Source: Ancylonema sp.
Taxonomy: Eukaryota
Length of the DNA: 53,421 bases
Reading direction: 5' to 3'
Assembly (NCBI GenBank): GCA_050230475.1
Contig: JBFLGF010000211.1
Coordinates: forward strand, 1-53,421
The position numbers and the translations under genes were made by a program. The notes beneath the pieces were generated by a model. It did not search any database. It saw only the letters and a list, made by a program, of their open reading frames with translations, and had not been told where the DNA came from. This document shows positions 37,761 through 48,615 of this stretch, piece after piece. Position 1 is the first letter of the stretch. The number at the start of each line of letters is the position of its first letter.

Positions 37761-38240
37761 TAAAACGATTTGTCACTTAACACGGTAGCGCACAAGTTCA
37801 TTGCTTTACAATACACGACAATAAACTGTACGGTAAAGCAACATCGTTTTGGTATGTGAAATGTTCATATGAACGCATTTTCGTCGGGCTAATGTACCCG
37901 ACGAGCCGACAACGGTACAATGATTACCGGTCACTTTTCCTCCTACCGACGGTCGGAACTATTCACCGTCGTCGTGCCACCGCACGTGTGTCTACGGCAA
38001 CATGCCGGACTACTCGACTGTCGTCACCACACAAATCCAACCAATGGGGTGGTGACACCGCCTAGCATTCTACAACGACTACTAGCTTGGTCACGTCCGT
38101 GCAAATGTGGACGTGCTGTGTGCGGACGAATACCCGGGTATAGCATTCCCGGCTCCGTGTCTTAAAAGACTCTAAGGCAATTTAGCCGGACAAAGCAAAC
38201 AAGTCATTTTCGTGCCTTATCCGAACTCAAATTCCTAACA
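37761..38240 (-). repeat. 5' LTR of element 2
   Basis: Direct repeat of 33825-34299. Confidence 0.93.
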
Positions 38241-40847
38241 ACAGGCCATGTACAGGAATTCTTTGGAATCGTCTTTGAGGCAACAGGGCAACGAAATGAT
38301 CGCAGGCGAGAATATTTCACGCGTCTTGAAAACTGGACGAAGACATCGGGGACACTGGAGAACAAGTCACGTCATCAAACAGAGCCAACCAGCCGTCGCG
38401 CAACGTCACTTCACACGTCCCTCCATTCCACGTCTTTTTCAGCTTCTGTTAGATTCTGACCATATCATCGCGCGTGCGGCTCGTTCCCTGTTATCCTCCG
38501 GTACAAAAGTTGCGCTTGCGTATGATCGCTAGCACCGTCTTCACGAGGTGCGTTTGAAACGACAGAACGAAAAGAAGTTCGAGGGGAACATTCTGATGTA
38601 TAAAGGTCCAGCTCCCGCTCCCGCTCCCGCTCCCGTTCAAAATCCCGCCGTTCCAGCTTCCATGTTTCCAAGTCCCCGGCACCATCTGTCAAAGAAGTGG
38701 AGTCTGTTCGTACACGGTAAGCGCATAAGCACATGTAAGCGCATGCCACGTCATCTTCCACGCCTGGATATGCTGGTTGACATGCTTTCTGCCACGAGGC
38801 GTCCGCGAGGACGCAAAAAACGAGCCTCTTGGCACGAATTCACGAACGGTCTTAATTATAGCATGAGGGAATGAACATAGTAAATTCGGATCATTTTGTT
38901 GATGTTAGTTCAAAGCTGACGTCTTGAGTACGATTTTGAAAAATTAGATTTGTCGTTGTTGGGACATGGTAGACGCCCAAGTCACGAGATTGTTTGCGAT
39001 CAGATTGTCGTCAAATTTCTTCACTCGTCTCAATGCAAAGGAAGTACCTCTATAGGTGATTTGTAGCAAATTTAAAATAAAGACGGCAAGGAAATTTAGT
39101 GTGAAGTATTCAATTCGACATATATGTGTTGAATAAGGGTGCTCGTAGAGAGAACCCTTCGGCGACTCGTTCTATCGTTGGTAGCCAAACAATCATTTCG
39201 CAACCCACATTAGAGCGGTAGCGAGAGCAAGCAATCCTATGTATGCCATGTTTTAGATGACTTAAATATGGAAGTCCGGTCATCGCATACAATGTAAATG
39301 GGAACACTAAGTCCATATAAGGGACTCTAAATACTTGCATCATAATACATACAAGATTCTTCTTCTATATTTCATCATAATGCGTATGTAACGTCATATG
39401 ATACCATATTGCATCGCTTATTTTAATATTATAATGCTTCGTTAAATCAACGCTCCCAACTTCCCGACTCCCGAACCCCGACTTGTTAAGAATCGGCTGA
39501 CATACTCGGACCATAATAATCCGCTCATCGATATTCCGATGGCTGCGCATAACCTCATTTAGAAAAATCAAATTCTTGTCCGGCCCGAGCATGATCTTAG
39601 GCAAAACGTCGACAAAAGATCCCAAACTAGTTACAAGTCTCAAAGAAGCGAAGTAATCTCTAACCAAGTCACGGTCTTCAGAATGCCTCTCTAAAATGTA
39701 TATGAGGGGAAAATTACAGCATGTATCATCGATATGAATGCAACTCGTCAATATACTCGAAATCAATGTGCATGTATTTCGTACCTTATTCAAGCACTTC
39801 CCTGTAACACAATTGTATAAAATGGCAACAAAACATTCTCGTTCTCCACTTGGGTTATAGCATGATCTAAATATATAAAAAGGTTCCGGAAATACACACT
39901 ATCGATTTATGAAAGATAACTCGCTTCCGCTCCCGGGTTAAAAATAATAGCAATAACCGGTCTTCAATATGTTACGCCGGTTACTGTTATTTTTACCATG
40001 TTACACAATATGCAATTTTGGATCAGGCATCTTGATTTGGATGATACAAAATCGCGTCTAAGTTTTAGTGGGTGTAGTCATGTATAGATAGTCCAGGATG
40101 ATATTTTTTCCTTAAAATATCATAAAATAATATTCTTCTTTATTTGGAAATACATTTACGAAAAAAACTTGCGAAGTGGTTTTGAAAGTTTTTCCCCCCT
40201 CGATATCTAGGGGTAGAACTTGAAAAATAACACATAGAATTTACAGCATGGGTCATGTAAAAAATATAACATCGTTGACATAATTCATTTTTATAACCTA
40301 GATACAAAAAATACCAATAATATTAATATATGTTTTTTTTTGTTATCATTTTATGCTCATCTTCTTGCTCTTTTTTTTATTTTATTTTTTTTATTTTAAT
40401 AAAAATAAATAAATAAATAAATATATATACCAATCTTCTAGTGGAAAAAATCCATGCTGACTTTCCGATTCTTGTTAACAATAAATATATTATTATGAAA
40501 AATAAAAATAAAAGTTAATCGCCGGTGATGAATAACACACTATCACGCAAGTTGTAGCCAATGTTTGGGGCGACACATTGACGAAAGCGGAAGGATTTAA
40601 GGCCAAATTTGACGCACGTGAGTCTACATATCTCCTCATTTTCGTTCTCAAATTCTCTATATTTGAAGCACCGTACACACAGGGGAAAAAAAAACTTGAG
40701 GAAATGAACGTGTTTGTTTACATACTAGCAAACCTGATGTTGCATAACAGAAAATTGTTTCGAGACAATGTTTTTTTTTTTTTTTTTTTTTTTCCTTCTT
40801 TTTCTTTCCATACTCATGTAACAACATCAATAAATAGACAATACGGA

Positions 40848-41593
40848 ACCCGTGCATTTATATTCATTCAAAATCATGCTCACGAATTATTTATTAGACA
40901 ACAAAATTATTCGCTCGGAAATGCCTTTGTATAACAATGTTCTTCTAAAGCACGAATACTTGTGACATGTGTATTGAGTGTCATAGAAATCAATATGGAC
41001 TCACCGATGACTAACTAATGCCACTGGAAAACTATATTCATGCTCACCCACACGGTTTTATGCATTTTCCCAAAAAAAAACCCAGAAAACCCAGAAAATC
41101 AATCATTACAAATCTATGGCTGGACTTATTGGTTAGTGCCTAGGTAAATAGTTATGAAATGACGAATACCACACGATTCATCCAAACCGCGTCCAAAAAT
41201 ACTTCACGCCGTAAGCAAGTCAATCAATGAGGGCAACGGTTAATGATGTTTATGAAATATGATTTGGAAAAGACATAACATGAAATTACACGAATATCGC
41301 GCGTGAAGCTGATGAATTACTCTTTACGCGCTCGGACTATGTTAGACGGCAAGGAGATTTACATACAGTTTTCCAAAAGTCCGTAGGTTGGTGCGGACGT
41401 TAGGAAAACGGCGATGGTATGGATGTAGATAATGGATGTTTAGGCGTTTGCCGCACGTCCGCGTTTGGCAAACGCCGTTTGGGCCGATGTATGGAAATTG
41501 GGTGCAACCATGTTGAAAACTCCTTAAGATCGAGTCACTAGAAATGACTCGTTCAATACTCCTATATTGATACCGTCAATACTCGTGTGCACA
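40848..41593 (+). repeat. Left arm of a diverged ~750-bp inverted repeat pair
   Basis: Colinear with the reverse complement of 47832-48615; shared blocks AAATTATTCGCT, GTATAACAAT, AATCATTACAAATC, CTAGGTAAATAGT, TACTTCACGCCG, ATATGATTTGGAAAAG, ACACGAATATCGCGCGT, GCGTTTGGCAAACGCCG, GATCGAGTCACTAGAAAT. Confidence 0.85.
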
Positions 41594-42099
41594 ACCTCTG
41601 TCTTTTCCACACAATTGGGTATATCTTTACATTGAAATATAAGTAGTAACAGTACCGTTTCCCCCCCCCCCCCCCCTTTCATATTTATAATTTCTGGCTT
41701 TAGAGCATAATAATTTCAAGATATGTTAGGACATGTTAGGATTAACGAGGGGTTTGTAGGGTATTTTCAGGATATTTACGGGTATTTCCGGGTTTTTTAG
41801 GTTTCATCAGGGTATTACCGGGTTATTTCCGGAAATTCCGGGTTATTTTTTCACCCCGCTAAGAATATCCGGGTTACCACCCCCACTCTACGTGTGCCTT
41901 CCACGTGCCTACGTGCCACGTTACACGTGCCACGTGCCACGTGCCTTTTTATTTCGCGCCCGGCAATGAAAATAAAAAATTAATGAAAGATGTCCGGAAA
42001 AAAAAACAGAAAAAAATAAATAAAAAATAAATAAATGACATATTTCATTCAGACGACCAGAGGAGGGACCTCGCTCGCCATTTGTTGTCTCGTCGCTAG

Positions 42100-43135
42100 G
42101 GATTTTACCTCCGCGCCAACCGCGCGGCGGCCGACCGCGCAACCGTGTGGTGGCCAACCCCGACCGCGCTCATATGGGTAACAGTCGGCCCGCCCAGGTG
42201 GCTTTTGGCCAACCGCAAGCCAACTCCCACCCAGTCGGGGAGACCCCACCCGGGTGGGATGCGGCTGGGGCGGTTGGGTTGCGGTTGGATGCGGCTGGGA
42301 TGCGGTTGAGATGCGGTTGGGTGCGGTTGGGAAAATCAAAAAATAGAAAATGAAAAAGTTTTTTTTGTTGTTTTCTTGTGTCCTCTCACTCTCTATCTCT
42401 CTCTATAAGATAAATAGAGTATGGCGTTTTTTTTTTTTTTCATAGTTTCTTTTTTCAATATCTTTACATAATATGTGAAAGGTTCCTTTCGGATACCTTT
42501 CGGTTCCTACATTTCATTATTACTTTGCACAACCTCATTTTGTGAACCATCCCGTACTCATTTAGGACGTGTTCTTGTTTATGACGTGATTGTTGAACAA
42601 ATACATCATTCTACCACACTCGTAAATTTCAATTTCTGTTTCATTTTCCACACTTCTCCACATTTTAATAGAGCTTTCACGCGAGGATTACTAGGGGACA
42701 TGAACAATGTGTTCATATTGTCATATATGTTGTTTACCCTGCCAATAAGATAATGTATGTCGTCTAAGAGAAGAGGTTAAGCAGACAAGAAGTAGAGGAC
42801 GAAAATCAAATGAGATGCAGGGGCCGGGGAATATAAAATTGAGCAATGAATTTGGTGGCAGAGAAGCCTTTCCATACATATACTATGGGTGTTGTCATTT
42901 AACTTCGATGGTTCGTTTTTGGTTTGACTTTGTTCTTGAAATTTTCGTTACACCATTCACTTTAGGACCCTACTTTTAAACTTGAAATTTTCGTTGTTTA
43001 TTGCCACTTTGCCAACCGCCCAGCCGCATTCCACCCGGCTGGCACCTTCCCGACCGGGTGACGGTTGGAAGGCGGTCGGGGAACAGCCGCCCGGTTGGGC
43101 CCAGCCGAAACGGTTGGATGCGGTTGGGCGCGGAC
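42100..43135. mobile_element. Probable non-autonomous DNA element with GC-rich inverted subterminal repeats
   Basis: 42225-42280 matches the reverse complement of 43005-43062; CAACCG/CGGTTG motifs at both ends around an AT-rich core; termini and TSD not resolved. Confidence 0.35.
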
Positions 43136-43811
43136 GGTACTTTACCTACCGCGGTGAAAAATGCGGAGGTAACAACCGTACTCGTCGCAATCTCAGACCC
43201 GACGTCGGGAAGCACGTCGACGTCGAGGCCATATCTACGGTGACTCCGAGATGTTTTTCCATGGACGATTAACAGCTCAGAGGACCAGACATAGAGAACT
43301 TGAGAATGTCTAGAGAATTCGGATGCTGTCTTGATATGCCTCTGTTAAGTTGAAACCTTCAACACGGAATCCACCGAGGCTGATGCGCAGATAGGACTCG
43401 GGAGGGGCCTCGGAACTCTCGGTCGCCGTCATGTATTCCAGCAACATTGCCTCCACGTGGTTCCGAACTGTACCGCATAGTGAAAACCAGGCGACCATTG
43501 ACAAATCTGTTGATCATACGAAAATATATGCAGTCAGCGCAGCAAATGTAATTTCTTGGCCTTGCATACACGACTTCCTTCAACAGCCCGTCACAGGAAT
43601 TCGAAAGCGGGAACTTACGTTGTCGCCTGACATCTCCGTATGCTACCGGCGGAGAAAATCAAAAGCACGTGAAGAATCACACCTTTTCTGACCGATTAGG
43701 GCTCAAGTGGAGTCTGAGGATACCTGGAAGTTCTCTTAGTCTTTCGTCTACGCAATTTCCGGCCCGAATTTCCGTTGATTGGATCGTTCCATACCAGCTT
43801 TTCTCCCACAG

Positions 43812-46800
43812 AAGGAGGCATAGCTTCTGTGGAAATCCGTCCTGCAAACAACCCGCTATCTACGCACTTTCAGTGGACCGTTGCCAACTTTTCTAAAATA
43901 TCTGCCTCGAGATCCTTCTCTGAGATTTTCGCGATCGACTCTCACAAGTGGTACGTCTCCCTCTCTATTTCGTGTGGGGCGGGCTCATGTGTTGCGGGGG
44001 CGGGTATTGATATTCCGTGGGCCTGTGTGCAGGCGGCTTCTAATAGATCCCAAGGGCAACGGTGCGCATTCCTTAGCAATCTACTTGGACGTGCCGGATC
44101 CAGGTACCCAGCCGTCCGGTTGGGGTAGAGAAACGGACTTCACCTTGAGCGTCGTCAACCAGTTTGACACCAAGTTGACTGTCAAGAAGGGTGAGCGGTT
44201 GACCGGAATACGCACTCAGCCCCTCCCACATGCGTGCTGAGCACGGATGATTGGGACTTGTGTCGCAGATACAAAGCACAAATTCAATAGCAAGGAGTCA
44301 GACTGGGGATTCACGACCTTCATGTCCCTGGAAGAGCTGCGCAATCAGTCCAATGGTTTTCTGGTGAATGACACTCTCACAATCGAAGCGACGGTAACCA
44401 TCAACCAGGATGTCTTCACCTCGGCCTCCAAGAAAGCGACTGGATACGTGGAGCTTGAGAAGAAGGTCAATGATAAGGAGGAGGAGGAAGAGGGGCTGCA
44501 GAAGGGGATGGACGTGGATGCGCAGAAGGTAGGGGGGGGGGGGTGGGTAGGCAGCACCAGTGCTTTGGGAGGGTCATGTGGGGTGGCAGTAGACGGAATC
44601 CTGTTCATGCTTTCGTGTGGTTCATCGACGTGGCAATGCCCAGTCTGATAAGATACTTACGGCCTTTCTATGTTTGATTGTTGAGGCACGTACATATAAG
44701 GTGATATAAGTCAGGCATACATATAAGATAGGCATAGATAGGAATGCCATTTTGAATATGTGGGGTGAGGCTACGCTGTGATATCTCGCCTGGTTATGGA
44801 CTCTTCTGGGCTCATGGGTACTGTACATGGCTTGACCCATGGCTGTACGACAGCCCATCTAATTTGGAAGTGAGTTAGGTCCAGTTTGCATCTGATAGCG
44901 AATCAATTGCAGATGTGATGTCTTTGTGTTCCCTTGCACATAGAGGGAGACTCTTATGATTGTGGACAATTCAAAAGGGCCCACTCTGGGTGTTAAGACG
45001 GAAATAGAGTTAGATTGGCAAGTACATTCAAAGCAGCTGGAGATTTTAGGAAAACCGCAGATCTTCTGAGCTGACAACTCTGTGCTCGTCCAAAGATTAC
45101 TTGCATGTGTCCTATACATCACTCATAACATGTCACATTATATGCCAAGAGACAGAAGTACATGCTCTGTTCCTCAACCTTCTGACTAACATGTGTCATC
45201 TCTCATGCGTCCTTGCTTGCTTATAGGAACGCCCATGTGCCTCTGTTGTGCCACACCAAGTGAATGAGAAGTTGATTGATACGGCTACCGTTTGGACCCT
45301 AGGTACGAAGTGGTCTACTGCCATCGACAAAGTCGGTGTGAAAGGCGCAATAAAGAGGTTTCCCATTTTCGAGACACAATGGTGAGTCCCCCCCCCACCC
45401 CCCCCCCCCTCGAATTTCATACAAGAAGGACTAGGGTTGTCTTGCAACATTACTCTGGGTATCCTTCCATGCCTTTGTCTCGAACCTTATGACTCTTTGA
45501 CACGAGTTGAACACTAATAATGCGATAATCGAACTCCCCCCTTCAAGAAGTTTGACATTTCGGATGTGGGCATGGGGTTCATTGACAATGTGGGATCTAG
45601 ATGGGGGTGTATCGCTTGTGGGCATGTCAAATGCGCAGGAAAAAAAAAAGGTGGTTGTGAAAACGACCCTCAACTTTTTTCTATTGTTGTGTCACGAGTC
45701 CAGAGTCACGCACATGTATGTGGCAAATCACAAAATCCATTTCTTTCGCAACCATACGTGTTATGTTTCCAGGAACCTAGAATTCAATTCTGGGGGTGTG
45801 CCATCCGAGTCTTCTCCCACTCTACATGCTCCGAAATCGTCATGGAACATGAAAGGGTTTCACTACTCGTTCACTTTAGTGCATCCCAGGGACGCCACCA
45901 AGGGTATCTCAAAGGGTGAGATATAAAGGATCGACAGTGTGTTCATCATTATGAGATTGGTGAGAAGCAAGACGGTATTGATGTGTATCTAACAATACAC
46001 TGAAATCCTCATGTACTTGTTGTTTTATTGAGGAAGGCACGCATTGCCGCCTGTGATGTGTCAGAAATTCACTTATTTCTCTCTTTTTTCTTGTGGATTC
46101 TTGGCAGTGGGTGTGGTCGGAAGCGAGGAAGAAAAGAAGATTGAGCTTTTCACCATGACCATGTTGAACGAATACGACCACTCCGCTTCCACACAAGTCC
46201 CTCATAGAATGAGTCTTCAAATTCTATTATATGTTCAGGTACTAAACAGACCTATAGCAAGTGACGGAAGTGGCATGCGTTTGCGGATTCACACATTTGT
46301 AGACTGCATCACACTTGCTTGAGCCTATCATGTGTGCTTCATTTAAGTTACTTGAGGAGTTGGTTGGGTTTAACACAACATAGTCTATTAAACTTCGTTT
46401 TAGGTGCCTCAGTGGGTCTTACTTCGGGATCGCAGCTCGCTGTTGGTGGGATTGTGGGAAATGTACGACCTTGGGTCGCCTGTCCTTGATGTGACCTTCA
46501 AGACGAGTGGCAGGGAAGTGAAGGCGCACAGTTTTGTACTTGTGAGTTTCGATTATGTTTCTCGAACAATATATCCGAAGTGGTGGATTTTGACGTGGTT
46601 TGATGTCTTCAGTGTCGTTTTTCCCCCGGTTAGCACTTATACATAATATTTTGTTCACACTCCACTTAAGTAATAGTGTAACCAAGAATTTTAAAATTAG
46701 ATGAACGTGAGTGTCGAGGGGATTTTAATTTCCGATCTTGTACTTCGATCAGATATAGCCATAGTTCATTCGTTTCCTCTTGTAAACCCCTTTGTATTGA

Positions 46801-47222
46801 TGCAGAATCAAGTCCAAGATCTCGAGAGTAGAGCAACTCCGGCCAACGTCGTTGATGTAGCCGATTGCAGCCTCGCAGCTGTGAAGCATTTCGTGGATTA
46901 CTGCTGCGTGCGCCACGTGTCCACATAGATGGTGCTCGAGTATCTCGTGGAGTCATTGGTCCTCGCCACACGATTTCGCGTTTTGCCTCTTGCGGATGAA
47001 ATCATGAGATTGGCCCCAATGGTCGTCACACGCGCGAGTGTGGTGGATCTCTTTTTGAAGTCGCGTGCTTTGAAGTGCGAGAAAATTCATGCCTTTTGCG
47101 ATCGCTACATTCGAAATAATGTGCGGCATTTGAATCACGAAGTGCTTGTGGAGAAGTTGCCCAAGGAGTTCTTGTTGGAGATTCTTCAAGTGGATCATCC
47201 CTACCCAAACATTTTAAAATGA
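43812..47222 (+). CDS. MATH (USP7/UBP12-like) + degenerate MATH + BTB/POZ protein; in-frame TAG, possibly a pseudogene
   Basis: In-phase GT-AG exons 43812-43950 (FQWTVANFSKI...FSEIFAIDSHKW), 44033-44190 (RLLIDPKGN...LAIYLDV...FTLSVVNQ), 44269-44528 (HKFNSKESDWGFTTFM...GFLVNDTLTIEA), 45227-45381, 45773-45915, 46108-46238, 46404-46541 (DVTFKTSGREVKAHSFVL), possible microexon 46613-46628 (CRFSP), last exon from 46765 or 46806 to 47222 (BTB helices...KLPKEFLLEIL). TAG at 46926-46928. The 5' end is unresolved (possible exons 43431-43547 and 43597-43738). Confidence 0.75.
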
Positions 47223-47831
47223 GTCGGTTTAGTGCTGGTAATGCGAGAGTCATTGTCAAACCACTACCTAAGGCTTTGCGATTTCGATGTTCGACAATAG
47301 CCATGTTTGATCACATTTTGTTGACATATTCCCTTAAAAAAAACAATAAGGTTTCTATCAACAAAAGAACGGTCCAAGTCTTGATAGTCCCTCACTGCAT
47401 GGGTGGGATGCAATTGATGGCAAGTGGTAAAAAAGACTTGCACTTGGCCAAAAATGTAACACTTGCAATGTTCTTTTAATAACTAATTGCTGAAAATGAA
47501 AATATTGTTGACATGAGGATATTGAACAACAAAATTATGATTATGATTTCTAGTATATCTCACTGTGTTACAATTTGTGTTGTAGGCAAAAAAAAATCTT
47601 TGTGATTAGAGTGGACACAGCCCCTTGCAAAATCGAAGTCTACACAAACTGTATGGGGCCACCAAGTAATGTACAATGCACAATATTGCACAATATATAA
47701 ACACATTCGTAACGTGAACAATAATTTGATATTGCTTATTATATAACAAATAAATAAATAAAAGTGTAATGTTTCCAATTGAAGACCCATTGTAGTATAT
47801 TAGTGTATACGCGATGACACAGAGTAGATTA

Positions 47832-48615
47832 TGTACAAAAGATTATTGAGGGTATCAATGTAGAAATTATTGAGCTAGTTATTTCTAGTGACTCGATCAT
47901 GATGAGTCGGTCGCATGAATGTATCCGATTGGTAAATGTCGGCCCAATCGGCGTTTGCCAAACGCAACGTCCGGCAAACGCCCTGACGTATGAGAAATTA
48001 CTTGGTACTACTCAAATTTCCGGATCCGGACCCGGGAAAAAGGTCACTCATTGTTGTTTTGCTAACGTCCGTACCATCATCCTACGGACTTTAGCAACCG
48101 TCATACTTGTGATGCTCTTTACCGTCGAGCATATTTCGAGCGTGTACACTGTACGGTACCAACTTAACGCGCGATATTCGTGTACTCTCATTTTTTGCCT
48201 TTTCCAAATCATATCTCTTCAAATTAATTTACCATTGCCCTCATCCATCGATTTGCTTGCGGCGTGAAGTACTCAAGAACTCGATTTTTATGAATCGTTT
48301 TTTATATTCGCCAATTCATTACTATTTACCTAGAAACTAGCCAATAGCCATGAGTGATTTGTAATGATTGGGTTTCTGGGTTTTTTTCCGGAAAACGCAA
48401 AAAAACCGTGCGGGGAAGTATGAATACGCGAGTTTTCTAGTGGCACTACTTAGTCATTGCAGAGTCCAGGAGTACTTTCTATCACACTTATTGTATGTAT
48501 CATAATTACTCGTGTAGAAGAATATTGTTATACGAAGGCATCTCCAAGCGAATAATTTCTGTTGTTTGGTAAATAACCTGAGAACAATATTTCAAATATA
48601 TGGAGATGTACGGGA
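47832..48615 (-). repeat. Right arm of the diverged ~750-bp inverted repeat pair
   Basis: Reverse-complement homolog of 40848-41593. Confidence 0.85.

Larger units (their letters stand above)
33825..38240 (-). mobile_element. Non-autonomous Ty1/copia LTR retrotransposon (element 2), Gag-protease only
   Basis: LTRs 37761-38240 (5') and 33825-34299 (3'), TGTTAGGAA...CGTTTTA on the minus strand; CAGGC at 33820-33824 and 38242-38246 (TSD with one extra A at 38241); PBS GGTTATGGGCCCAC at 37760-37747; PPT GAGGGGGTG at 34308-34300; no RT, IN or RNaseH motif seen. Confidence 0.93.
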
